From contig JAYUQP010000022.1 of NCBI GenBank assembly GCA_043757265.1, positions 8,683 through 72,682 of the forward strand: a stretch of 64,000 nucleotides of DNA. Direction: 5' to 3'. How positions within the stretch are numbered: the stretch's first letter is position 1; each line of letters starts with the position of its first letter. Of the stretch, positions 17,827 to 27,175 are shown in pieces. The notes under the pieces are model-generated. The model saw only the letters and a list, made by a program, of their open reading frames with translations, searched no databases and had not been told where the DNA came from. The position numbers and the translations under genes are program-made. The DNA is from Bdellovibrionales bacterium (GTDB lineage Bacteria; Bdellovibrionota; Bdellovibrionia; Bdellovibrionales; JAGQZY01).

Positions 17827-18186
17827 TTAGGCGTTCTCCCTGCTGCTTTTAGGGTCGGAGTCAGCCCAGGGACAATGACGACATCCGCTAAGGCAGCAGT
17901 GTCCGCGTTTCTGAAGGTAGCTTTTTGTAAAAACCATCAGATTTTTTTCGAAGTAAAAATTTTCACCCTCGACCAGTTCTGTTGAAATGCCTTCTTTAGA
18001 GTCGACTTTGCGAAAAGAATTTAAACATGGCGGGCAAAGACAGTCTACGTACCGAGAAGGAATGGATGATAGCGTTGGCATATCAAAACACCAGCAAGAT
18101 TTATCGGCTGATTCCATTCCGCATTCAAAGGGTCGTCCACACCGTTCGCACACGTTCATTATCTTGATCATCTCAGGAGGATTCAA
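17827..18186 (-). CDS. cysteine-rich protein (CWC-type N-terminal half plus DUF5522-like C-terminal half)
   Basis: 119 aa. The N-terminal half is '[11 protein letters not shown]...CWCFDMP...CLCPPCL' and the C-terminal half is '[31 protein letters not shown]'. There is a 4-nt overlap with the glnS stop. Confidence 0.55.
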   Translation of the reverse strand: MNPPEMIKIMNVCERCGRPFECGMESADKSCWCFDMPTLSSIPSRYVDCLCPPCLNSFRKVDSKEGISTELVEGENFYFEKNLMVFTKSYLQKRGHCCLSGCRHCPWADSDPKSSRENA

Positions 18187-19877
18187 CGTCCCGATGCAAG
18201 ATCTACAATGCGATTTAAAACAGGAAAATCGGGTCGCGAGTCCTGATCAAGGCAAAAATAGCCAACGCGCTCAAATTGATATCGAAGGTCGGGCTTCATG
18301 TCTTTCAAGCTCCACTCTAATCGAGCTGTTTTTATGACCTTAAGCGACTCATGATTGAGGTTGTCTTTAAAATCTTTTCCGGTGGGAACATTTTCTGGAT
18401 CCGCAACGCTAAACAGCCTTCCGTAGATACGAACCTGCGCAGGAATGGATTTAGTCGCCGATACCCAATGAATAACACCTTTGACTTTACGTCCGTCGGA
18501 GGTGGGCTTTCCACCCAGCGTAGCGATATCGTAATCACAGCGAAGTTCAGTTATATTGCCGGTCGCATCTTTTATGATTTCTTTACATTTAACCACATAC
18601 GCATTTCGCAATCGTACTTCTTTGCCAGGAGCCAGTCGAAAAAAATCGGCATCGGGATTTTCCATAAAGTCTGCACGATCGATGAGAACCTCTCGACTGA
18701 AATATAATTTACGAGTTCCCATCTCCGCGTTTTTTGGGTGCACGGGTGAGTCGATTTCCTCTTCGCTATTTTCGGGATAGTTTTCGATAACTACTTTGAT
18801 TGGATCAAGAACAGCCATAGCTCTATGAGCAACAGCATCAAGATCCTCACGCACACAATTTTCTAAGATGTCGTATTCGATCACGCCCTCCGCTTTGGAA
18901 ACTCCGATTCGTTTTGCAAATAATCGGATAGATTCTGGTGTGTAGCCACGACGACGAATTCCCGAAATGGTCGGCATTCGTGGATCATCCCACCCGCTAA
19001 CCAAGCCTTCTTTAACCAACTGCAAAAGCTTCCGCTTGCTCATCACCAGGAATGTCATGTTCATGCGTGCAAATTCGTACTGTCGTGGTTTTCCAGGCGT
19101 CGGGAGGTTTTCGATGCACCAGTCGTAAAATGGCCGATGATCCTGAAATTCGAGAGTGCATATAGAATGGGTGACTTGTTCGATGGCGTCTGAAAGCGGA
19201 TGAGCGTAATCGTACATCGGATAAATGTTCCACTCGTTGCCGGTGCGGTGATGCTTCACTTTTCGAATGCGGTACAAAAGAGGATCGCGCATATTCATGT
19301 TTGGTGACTGCATGTCAATTTTTGCGCGGAGCACATGCTGCCCTTCTTCAAACTCGCCCGCTTTCATACCACGAAAAAGCTTTAGACTTTCCGCTATAGT
19401 GCGCTGACGAAACGGACTGTCTTTACCCGGTCGTTTAAAGTCACCGCGATACTCGCGAAGTTCATCTTCGTTAAGACTGCAGACATAGGCTTTGCCGTCA
19501 TTGATCAAATACTCAGCCCAATCGTATAGCTGCTGAAAATAATCGGAGGCAAAATAGAGGTGTTCGTTCCAGTCAAAGCCCAACCATTTCACATCTGCTT
19601 TGATCGACTCGACGTATTCAGTCTCTTCTGTCTCCGGATTGGTGTCATCGAATCGTAAATGACATTTACCATGGTAATCCTTTGCCAGCCCAAAGTTTAA
19701 GCAAATTGATTTTGCATGTCCAAGATGAAGATACCCGTTAGGCTCGGGAGGAAAGCGCGTAACTACCTTTCCCCCGTTCTTTACTGCCGCAACGTCTGTT
19801 TCAATAATTTGTTTTAAAAAATTGGGAGCGTCTACCGGGTTCTTGTGCTGTGCTTTAGGATTTGTAGGTTGCGCCAT
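18183..19877 (-). CDS. glnS: glutamine--tRNA ligase
   Basis: 564 aa. '[17 protein letters not shown]' is the HIGH motif and 'LVMSKRKL' is the KMSKS motif. Full-length class I GlnRS-like sequence. Confidence 0.95.
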   Translation of the reverse strand: MAQPTNPKAQHKNPVDAPNFLKQIIETDVAAVKNGGKVVTRFPPEPNGYLHLGHAKSICLNFGLAKDYHGKCHLRFDDTNPETEETEYVESIKADVKWLGFDWNEHLYFASDYFQQLYDWAEYLINDGKAYVCSLNEDELREYRGDFKRPGKDSPFRQRTIAESLKLFRGMKAGEFEEGQHVLRAKIDMQSPNMNMRDPLLYRIRKVKHHRTGNEWNIYPMYDYAHPLSDAIEQVTHSICTLEFQDHRPFYDWCIENLPTPGKPRQYEFARMNMTFLVMSKRKLLQLVKEGLVSGWDDPRMPTISGIRRRGYTPESIRLFAKRIGVSKAEGVIEYDILENCVREDLDAVAHRAMAVLDPIKVVIENYPENSEEEIDSPVHPKNAEMGTRKLYFSREVLIDRADFMENPDADFFRLAPGKEVRLRNAYVVKCKEIIKDATGNITELRCDYDIATLGGKPTSDGRKVKGVIHWVSATKSIPAQVRIYGRLFSVADPENVPTGKDFKDNLNHESLKVIKTARLEWSLKDMKPDLRYQFERVGYFCLDQDSRPDFPVLNRIVDLASGR

Positions 19878-20149
19878 TACAGCCTCCTCCGAAGTTTCTC
19901 AAGTGGCTAATATCAGCAATGTTGCGACTGGTGTCAATGTGCCCCTGAGTTAACTACAAACAGGCTCATTCTCGGCTCGGCTGTAGCGTCTGGCAAAGTA
20001 TAAGTCGCATTTAATTAAGGTGCCGATTGCCGTAGTTAACCTACTGTTCCTTAGATATTTGGAATTGGCCGCAACGAAAGTCTGGGGTCGCGGGTCGTGT
20101 TCGTTGACGTCGCATTGACCAAATTGCTCAATCCTATCAATACTTGAGT

Positions 20150-20902
20150 ATGCGAAGAAATTTTTTACTTTCAAGCGCGTTTTGCTTGGGTTCACAACTT
20201 GTGAATGTGGTACCTTCTTATAGACCATTGAAGAACGTCTTTTATGCCTCTGAGAAGGATTACAGAGCTACTTTCTCAAAAGTTCAGTCTCTTCTCAAAA
20301 ACCCTAATAGCTGCCTCACTCAACTTCTTTGCATGCATACGAGCTTTCAAGCAAACGAAATTAGCAAAGCTCAACTATTTTATGACAAGCGAAAGATCAG
20401 CTGCAATTTAGATATCGTCCCGCAGCTTTTGGGAAAAATTGTTCAACAAAACATTGCTGATGGCCACGACACCTACTTACATTGCAATTCTATCAACTCA
20501 GTTTGGATGGATCAAAACAACCGTAAAGTTTTAGGTCAGGTTATTAGTTCGCAAGTCCGCGCAACACCGAAAGGCAGAATTTTTCCCCAAATTCGCATTT
20601 CTTACGACGGCACGAACATGCAGCATGGATTTTTTGCAAAGCAAATTATCGCTCGACTTCGATCGGCGGACATCCCTGGCTCCGAAAATCCGCTCGATAC
20701 AAAAACGTTTCTTCAACAGTCGAAGCACTTGGAATTTCCCATTCTTGATTGGGAAGCCATTGGGCTTGAGCCAAAATTGTTGGCTCAGTTAATGTTCGAT
20801 GAGAATTCGAGCTGGTCATTGAAAAATGCCCAAAAACTCGTAAGTAATTCTCGCTCAGAAGATGCGTCCGAGTTACACGATTTAGCTTTCAAGATTTCCT
20901 GA
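20150..20902 (+). CDS. hypothetical protein
   Basis: The first ATG is 2 codons inside the TTG-started track ORF. The N-terminus MRRNFLLSSAFCLGSQLV is weakly signal-like. No motif recognised. Confidence 0.4.
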   Translation: MRRNFLLSSAFCLGSQLVNVVPSYRPLKNVFYASEKDYRATFSKVQSLLKNPNSCLTQLLCMHTSFQANEISKAQLFYDKRKISCNLDIVPQLLGKIVQQNIADGHDTYLHCNSINSVWMDQNNRKVLGQVISSQVRATPKGRIFPQIRISYDGTNMQHGFFAKQIIARLRSADIPGSENPLDTKTFLQQSKHLEFPILDWEAIGLEPKLLAQLMFDENSSWSLKNAQKLVSNSRSEDASELHDLAFKIS

Positions 20903-20911
20903 TTGCGCCCT

Positions 20912-21820
20912 TCAAATATCAAAAAATAGATCCGTTGCCGGTTTTACACCTACGAACTGAAGACCCAGTCCCAACTTTTGGTTCAGGATATCGACAGCGA
21001 TGTTTGTCATATCGGGGCACAAAACATCATCGGGCTCGTGAATAAACAGGAACACCCGACGCAAACCGTGCTGCTGCAATTGTTTAATCTGATCTGCCCA
21101 CAGCTGCATTCGCAAGGTGTCACTTAAATGCAGGCTGTTGCCGATAAAACGAATCATGGTGAAATCGCTGGTCACTGTCGAATGCAGCACATCGCGGCGG
21201 CCTGCCACATCCGTAATCACAGTTCCAACTCCCCGCTGAAAAAGATACTCACTCAACAGTGGCAAAACAGAACCGTTTTCGAACCAGGTTGAATGACGAA
21301 ACTCTAAAGCGAGTTTGAACTCCCGAGGCCACTGCTTAAGAAACTGGTGCAGCTCAGATTTCTTTTTGTAATCAAAAGATGGAGGCAATTGCAAAAAACA
21401 TGGACCGCAATTTGTGCCTAGACGCTCGAGAAAAGACAGCCAGGATTTCAGGAGCACATCATCCTGCAGTCCATTTGAGCCGTGGGAAATTCCTTGGTAA
21501 ACCTTGGGACAGAACAAAAAATCGGCAGGAATTTTTTCGAGCCATTTTGTTGTTTGTTGAAGAGTGGGAATTTGATAGTGAGATGAATTAAATTCTAAGG
21601 TGCCATATTGCCGTGAATAGTGATGAAGGAATTCGGGTGGTTTGCTTCCTTGAGGATAGAGCTTCCCCACCCATTCGCGATGCGCCCAAGCGGGCGTGCC
21701 AATGCGCAGGTTAAACATTGGGCTTGAGGGCTGCTGATTTAAATAGTGTATTGTTTTCTCTGAGACAGCAGGCAAAGTCCAATCAACGTGCTCGAAGGCT
21801 TCAAGTTTTCCAAATTCCAT
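20912..21820 (-). CDS. DUF72 (UPF0759, YecE-like) family protein
   Basis: 'LRIGTPAWAHREWVGKLYP' and 'TLEFNSSHYQIP' match the characteristic DUF72 N-terminal motifs. 302 aa. Confidence 0.7.
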   Translation of the reverse strand: MEFGKLEAFEHVDWTLPAVSEKTIHYLNQQPSSPMFNLRIGTPAWAHREWVGKLYPQGSKPPEFLHHYSRQYGTLEFNSSHYQIPTLQQTTKWLEKIPADFLFCPKVYQGISHGSNGLQDDVLLKSWLSFLERLGTNCGPCFLQLPPSFDYKKKSELHQFLKQWPREFKLALEFRHSTWFENGSVLPLLSEYLFQRGVGTVITDVAGRRDVLHSTVTSDFTMIRFIGNSLHLSDTLRMQLWADQIKQLQQHGLRRVFLFIHEPDDVLCPDMTNIAVDILNQKLGLGLQFVGVKPATDLFFDI

Positions 21821-21867
21821 TCAAACTCTCTATCGCTGAAGGGAGTTCCCAGTCAACACTCACATTC

Positions 21868-22662
21868 CTACTCATAAGAGGCGTGATAGATGTAATAAAG
21901 AGAGCCATTTTTTGTCTTGGCCATAAAACTTTTTATATTTCCTTTAGATACAGCGGGACAACCCTGGCTTCGACCCATTTTGCTTAGCCCTGGATCGACG
22001 TACGAGGCGCCATGCACAACAATGGCCCGATCTCGCACGTTGCTATTGCGGCTTTCGAGGCCATCTAGTTTAAAAGATTCGCCATGTTTACCAAAGTAAG
22101 TTTCTGCGGTGAGCATAAAACCCAATGACGACATATTCGATCCGTTGGTATTTGAAAACCCGTTTGCCACGCCATCGTGATTCGCATCAGAGCCATTTCC
22201 GTGGGCCACGTGCATCGATTGCACAGCCCCTGAATTAAGATCAATCAAAAATAAGCGCCGTTGACCGGAGTGCTGTCCTATATCAAAGATACTCATATAT
22301 TTTTTGTTGCGGATAAAACTTTGCTTTTTATTATAGAAGGCGAAGGCTTTATCAAGAGCCCTCTGCGGCACCCCTGAGGCCATCAACACCTTGTCGCGAA
22401 GGCTCATCATTTGAGTTGGGTTTGTATTGTCTGGGCCTTGTGGCATAGTCCCCTGACTTGAAACGACAGGACTTTCGTCGGCTTCCACAAACATTTCACC
22501 ACCTGGTTCGTGGCTATCGAAAGAGGCCGAACCGGAATCAACTGGGACCATTTTTTCGTTTAAATCGACCGGAGATTCAAAAGAACCGCCGCACGCCGAC
22601 AGTGCAAATGCTAGAAATGCAAAAAGAAACGGATTGTTTGCTCGACCTAAAAACATAAACAC
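21868..22662 (-). CDS. lipoprotein with L,D-transpeptidase catalytic-domain-like (YkuD_2) fold
   Basis: Lipobox FALSA/CGGS. 'MHVAHGNGSD' and 'IVVHGASYV...GRSQGCPAV' give the His and Cys active-site context of L,D-transpeptidase-like proteins. Confidence 0.65.
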   Translation of the reverse strand: MFMFLGRANNPFLFAFLAFALSACGGSFESPVDLNEKMVPVDSGSASFDSHEPGGEMFVEADESPVVSSQGTMPQGPDNTNPTQMMSLRDKVLMASGVPQRALDKAFAFYNKKQSFIRNKKYMSIFDIGQHSGQRRLFLIDLNSGAVQSMHVAHGNGSDANHDGVANGFSNTNGSNMSSLGFMLTAETYFGKHGESFKLDGLESRNSNVRDRAIVVHGASYVDPGLSKMGRSQGCPAVSKGNIKSFMAKTKNGSLYYIYHASYE

Positions 22663-22742
22663 CTCTTAAGGAATTGTGGATAACTTTCATACATCGGCGT
22701 TTCGTAAAAAACGCCGAGGCTAGTTTTGTGATGAGCTAACCA

Positions 22743-22777
22743 TAAAAAAAAACGGCTGACTTTTTAGAGTCAGCCGT
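22743..22777 (-). terminator. rho-independent terminator downstream of the repeat-rich lipoprotein gene
   Basis: A 9-bp perfect stem, acggctgac (22752-22760) with gtcagccgt (22769-22777), and an 8-nt loop. On the minus strand it is followed by a run of 9 T (A-run 22744-22752 on plus). Confidence 0.6.
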
Positions 22778-22805
22778 CAATTTCCCCGCCAAACCTGCTT
22801 TCATA

Positions 22806-25154
22806 TTACTTTTTGTAATTAAACCAAAGATCGAAAATCAGATCCAACGAACCGTCCTGGTACTGAATGACCGATTTATAAACGGTTTCATTGCCATGAG
22901 CATCACGCTCATAAAAGCCCGGATCGTAATTTAAATCGATATTCTTCACACTCATTTGATCAAGGGACACGAGTTCATTCCGAGTTCCGATACCATCAAA
23001 GTTTTTATCTTTCCACAGTCGTAGCGACTTAAAAACGGAATCCTTACTATTGATAAGCCCATCTCCATTGCTATCAAATTTGGCAAGAGCTAAGAAGCCA
23101 TTAGCCGAAAAGTCTTTGTCTGGACCGCGAGTGTTGTCACCGAACATTTCGTCAACACCTTCAACGCGTCCTTTTTTATTCGGCTTTACAAGGAACATAT
23201 ACTGATCCGTGTTCAACCAACTGATCTGGTGCCGAGCATTCTTTCGTGGCTCCGCATTAAATCCTAGGATGTTAAATTGAATGCCATCGGCAATCGAGGA
23301 CAATTCTACGTAGCGTGCCACATCGTGCTTCGGATTCACGTGGACGATCAATGGCGATGCCTTCATATCGCATTTTTTCTTATCCACCTTCGAATTAAAA
23401 TCAGGATTATCGTCGATGATCACCTGAATTTTTTCCGACAACCTAGCAAAGCGTACATCGCGAGATCCATACATGATAAAGCTGATCTCTTCCTTGCCGC
23501 GCTTGTCTGAGTCCTTAGCAAAGAGGCGAACGTTTTCGTACTCGCTACTTTTAACCGGCAAGTCTCCACCCACCACTGGCGAGAACAGTGTCACGTAAAG
23601 TTCCGACTTTTTATGGCCAGAAATATCACAATCGGAAAGATCTAAGCGTTTTTTATTAATCACATCGTTTTTAATTTTATCGGTGTTGCGTGACTCACAA
23701 ATTGGTACCATGGAAACAACTTTTTTCTTTTCCATTTTGCAAACGACTTTTTTGTGCTCGTGTTTGCAACTCGCTTTGTGCGTGTGCGAGTCATTATCAT
23801 CATCGTCGTCATCGCCCGATCTTATCCAGCCAGTGCGTTGCGCCTTACAAACTTCAACCTCTTGGACAGTTTCTACGCGTTTAACAACTCGCATAACAAG
23901 CTCTAGACGGTCATTTAGTTTAAAGCGACCGCTGCTTGTGCGAATTCTTGAACAAACTCTGTCGACTGGAACATTCCAAGGTGCGCACTTTTTAAATTGC
24001 GCTTCCTTCTGCAGACCTGGAATCAAATTCATTTCGCAATCGTCAGGTGGACACTTTTGACCAGGAACACCGTCATCATCTGTTCCATCACCATTATTCG
24101 AGCGTCCTGGATTCGAAGAATCATTTCCATCCCTATCATTTCCATGACCATTGTTGCCCTTTTTGCATTCGCCACCGGTTGAACCACCCGACGTCGATCC
24201 ACCAGTTGAACCTCCAGTAGTCGACCCACCAGTGGTAGACCCACCTGAAGTGGAGCCGCCAGTATCGCTTCCTGTGGTTGATCCACCAGAGGTCGTTCCA
24301 CCTGATATTGTACCACCAGTATCACTGCCAGAAGTTGCTCCCGCAGTTGTGCTACCGCCAGTATCGCTTCCGGTAGTCGATCCACCTGACGTAGACCCAC
24401 CTGATATTGTACCACCAGTATCACTGCCAGAGGTTGCTCCCGCAGTTGTGCTACCGCCAGTATCGCTTCCCGTAGTCGACCCACCAGAGGTCGTTCCGCC
24501 AGTGTCACTGCCGGAAGTTGCTCCCGCAGTTGTGCTTCCACCAGTTTCGCTTCCTGTGGTTGATCCACCAGAAGTCGTTCCGCCAGTGTCACTGCCGGAA
24601 GTCGCTCCCGCAGTTGTGCTTCCACCAGTTTCGCTTCCCGTAGTCGACCCACCAGAAGTCGTTCCACCAGTGTCACTGCCGGAAGTTGCTCCCGCAGTTG
24701 TGCTTCCACCAGTTTCGCTTCCTGTGGTTGATCCACCTGTCGTGGTTGCTCCAGTGGTGCTTCCACCCGACCCGCCGCCAATAACTAAACAGTAGTCGCC
24801 GTTTGCATTGGGCACATAACCAACTGAGATCAAATAGGCAAGGTCGGTGTCATCAACAAAAATTTCGCGTATGCAATTGGATACAGTGCTATCCCCATCA
24901 TCTGTATCTATAGGTGGCAAACAGTACTCGTTGTTCGGAGACACTGTGTATCCTTGACGATCTAAAAGAGGAATGTCTTCTTCGTCCACAATTGCGAGTG
25001 GCAAACATTGTTGCTTGACGCTCGCGAGTATTACTGTGTTCGAAAGCAACTCTCTTTTAGCTGTGGCATCAATTTCCGAACCGCCGTTAGAACATGCGGA
25101 AACAGCAAACAGACAAAGGCCTAAAAACTTCTTGTTTATATTGAGTGCATCCAT
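22806..25154 (-). CDS. large surface/secreted lipoprotein with a Gly/Ser/Thr tandem-repeat region and an EF-hand-like Ca-binding C-terminal domain
   Basis: The ATG at 25154 is preceded by AAAGAAAGAGGTG and gives MDALNINKKFLGLCLFAVSA/CSNGG (lipobox). There is a ~200-aa GGSTTGSxTGGSTTAGATSGSDTGG repeat and a poly-Asp stretch (SGDDDDDDNDSH). The C-terminus carries 'FDSNGDGLINSKDSVFKSLRLWKDKNFDGIGTRNEL'. Confidence 0.8.
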   Translation of the reverse strand: MDALNINKKFLGLCLFAVSACSNGGSEIDATAKRELLSNTVILASVKQQCLPLAIVDEEDIPLLDRQGYTVSPNNEYCLPPIDTDDGDSTVSNCIREIFVDDTDLAYLISVGYVPNANGDYCLVIGGGSGGSTTGATTTGGSTTGSETGGSTTAGATSGSDTGGTTSGGSTTGSETGGSTTAGATSGSDTGGTTSGGSTTGSETGGSTTAGATSGSDTGGTTSGGSTTGSDTGGSTTAGATSGSDTGGTISGGSTSGGSTTGSDTGGSTTAGATSGSDTGGTISGGTTSGGSTTGSDTGGSTSGGSTTGGSTTGGSTGGSTSGGSTGGECKKGNNGHGNDRDGNDSSNPGRSNNGDGTDDDGVPGQKCPPDDCEMNLIPGLQKEAQFKKCAPWNVPVDRVCSRIRTSSGRFKLNDRLELVMRVVKRVETVQEVEVCKAQRTGWIRSGDDDDDDNDSHTHKASCKHEHKKVVCKMEKKKVVSMVPICESRNTDKIKNDVINKKRLDLSDCDISGHKKSELYVTLFSPVVGGDLPVKSSEYENVRLFAKDSDKRGKEEISFIMYGSRDVRFARLSEKIQVIIDDNPDFNSKVDKKKCDMKASPLIVHVNPKHDVARYVELSSIADGIQFNILGFNAEPRKNARHQISWLNTDQYMFLVKPNKKGRVEGVDEMFGDNTRGPDKDFSANGFLALAKFDSNGDGLINSKDSVFKSLRLWKDKNFDGIGTRNELVSLDQMSVKNIDLNYDPGFYERDAHGNETVYKSVIQYQDGSLDLIFDLWFNYKK
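24171..24780 (-). repeat. in-frame 84-bp (28-aa) tandem repeat tract, about 5 full units plus degenerate ends
   Basis: The unit GGSTTGS(E/D)TGGSTTAGATSGSDTGGT(T/I)S is repeated. Two units are separated by 15-bp GGSTS/GGTTS inserts. The DNA copies are near-identical with synonymous differences. Confidence 0.9.
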
Positions 25155-25621
25155 ACACACCTCTTTCTTTAAGATAGTATGGAAGAAAATGTTTGAATAC
25201 TCCATGGACATTCAAAATAAATCACAAAGTGTTCTGTATGAATGCGAAATAAGATCCATAATGACTGCCCGAAAGTTTTTCGTTTTTCCAACAATTATTT
25301 CCGTCAAAAAGTTACGCATTAAACGGCAATATTTTGATTGGGCAATTATTGATTTTTTACCGACTTTTTTTTGGTTTGATTTTCTCGGAAGCTCTTCGGA
25401 CAGGTAAAATGAAAAAAGATAGTTCGCTAAAAAACGACATTTTTTAATCTGTTCGCTAGGTCAGATCCGATAGTAAATGCAAACGAAAAAAACCAATGTC
25501 TCGTTTTGAAACACCAAATTTCTTACTTTTTTAACTTCCAATTAAGGATACAATTATTTCGTTATTTCTACTAAGGTCTTGGAATGAGATTTCCGATAAG
25601 AAATTATCAGGGGGCTGATGT

Positions 25622-27175
25622 ATGTACGCTGGTTTTAAGGTCTTCATAGTTGGAATCTTTATCACGCAGAATATTCTCGCCGAAGATGTTCAATATTTAA
25701 CTAACACCGAGCATTTTGCAAAATGCTACGCAAAACTCACCGACCACCCAGCCGATCCAACTTCCAATCTTTACATGCAAGTCCTGCAAGGCACTTTGAC
25801 TCCAGTGGACGCCTGCATGAGCGTTTTCGATAAAGCCATGTTCAGCCCTTCAAGCCGACGACTTAGGGATGCTAACGATCCTATCGCCAAAGCCATTGTA
25901 CAAAACTTTCATCGCTTTCATCTCAGCTGGTTAACGATTCCATTTAGTCAAAACATCGACGCTTCAATCTTTTCTCTGCTTGATAACGATGAGCCGGCCC
26001 TTTACATCACTGAAGCCTTATTTATGAATCGACATTACAAATACATAGTTACAGCTAACCAATCGCTTCGTGGTGTGCGCGAAACCTCGAATCCAGACAC
26101 TTACATGCTAAATAATATCAACTTCACCAACCGGCAACTTGTCGTCGGTCCTATGAAAACCACCGTTACCGAGCCTGACCCTTTGAAAAATTACTATGAA
26201 ATCAAAGGGACACGGGTTTCCGTTGGTCCTCTTATTGGCGTGCAAGATACACCGTCGCTCGTCTATCAGCTTCCACTCTCCCATCGCTCTGACATACCAT
26301 TGACTGAAGCAACGCTGCCTTCACGCCGACTTCCTGCCACCACGTACGATATCAGTTCACATCCAGGTGGCGGAGTCATCGGCAGTAGCACAACGTTTCT
26401 CAATGCCCGCGAAAGTGTATCAATGCCAGATGGTGGCTTGTATGTTCATCGACGGCTTTCTAATAACTTCTTTTACGACTTTATGTGCTCTAAACTGCCG
26501 ACATTTAAAGACTCCGATCCACAAGTGGTTGCAGAACTCAGTAAGTTTGCTAAATCTGATATCCCTTTTCGGAAGAGCGCAACCTGTGTTGCCTGTCACC
26601 TAACACTCGATAACTTTGCTCATACCGGCCGTAATATCATCTCAACAAGAGGTCTCAATCCTACATTTCGTCGACAACTAGCGGATGCTGGCCTTGTCGC
26701 TCCAACAAATTTGGAGATGGTTCACCACTATCCACCTGTGAAGGCGGCACTGGTTGACCCAATCGATAAAGATACCCTCTACCACCGTCGACAACCAGAC
26801 GGCCGCCTCATTTATCGCAATTACGCTGGCAATCTTGTAAATCAAGATGTGCGCGGCTTATCTGCTATGGGCGCAGCTGTTGCCGCGCAAGACGACATTT
26901 ATATGTGCGCCGCCAAGCGATACTACAATTTCCTAACCGGGGTAAGTATCCCACTCGATCCAATCCCTTTAGATACAATTACTAAAAAGCCTAAAGACCC
27001 ATCCAATAATTTTATATTTTATCACCGCCAAAAAATTGTGAGCTTAGGCGCTACGCTCAAAAAAGGGACTGACGTTGAGGGCAAGCCGTGGAATTTACGC
27101 AATCTAGTCCGTGAAATTATTAAATCTAACGCCTTTCGAGCTAAAAACCCGGCCGTTGTAGGAGATTCCTTATGA
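25622..27175 (+). CDS. secreted CxxCH-motif protein (DUF1588-like partner of the following gene)
   Basis: 517 aa with signal-like N-terminus MYAGFKVFIVGIFITQNILA/E. 'SATCVACHLTLDNFAHTGRN' parallels 'SACISCHSYINPYGFAIEAYD' in the canonical DUF1588-type protein at 55605. Confidence 0.55.
   Translation: MYAGFKVFIVGIFITQNILAEDVQYLTNTEHFAKCYAKLTDHPADPTSNLYMQVLQGTLTPVDACMSVFDKAMFSPSSRRLRDANDPIAKAIVQNFHRFHLSWLTIPFSQNIDASIFSLLDNDEPALYITEALFMNRHYKYIVTANQSLRGVRETSNPDTYMLNNINFTNRQLVVGPMKTTVTEPDPLKNYYEIKGTRVSVGPLIGVQDTPSLVYQLPLSHRSDIPLTEATLPSRRLPATTYDISSHPGGGVIGSSTTFLNARESVSMPDGGLYVHRRLSNNFFYDFMCSKLPTFKDSDPQVVAELSKFAKSDIPFRKSATCVACHLTLDNFAHTGRNIISTRGLNPTFRRQLADAGLVAPTNLEMVHHYPPVKAALVDPIDKDTLYHRRQPDGRLIYRNYAGNLVNQDVRGLSAMGAAVAAQDDIYMCAAKRYYNFLTGVSIPLDPIPLDTITKKPKDPSNNFIFYHRQKIVSLGATLKKGTDVEGKPWNLRNLVREIIKSNAFRAKNPAVVGDSL

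Noticed and set aside
19878-20149. Possible leader RNA or riboswitch upstream of glnS, together with the 92-aa ORF at 19950-20228
   Set aside because: I could identify no conserved riboswitch or T-box-like structure by eye. The ORF is antisense and intergenic with no RBS. A covariance-model scan (Rfam/Infernal) would be needed to say more.
24171-24780. Regularly spaced near-identical repeats that could superficially suggest a CRISPR array
   Set aside because: The repeats are contiguous 84-bp units with no unique spacers. They are in frame within a long ORF and no cas genes lie nearby.
24029-24795. Two long ORFs (250 aa on minus, 214 aa on plus) rich in PPV/LRE repeats, inside the Gly/Ser/Thr repeat
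   Set aside because: They are alternative-frame or antisense readings of the 84-bp tandem repeat in the 22806-25154 gene. They stay open only because the repeat lacks stops. They have no RBS and no independent start context.
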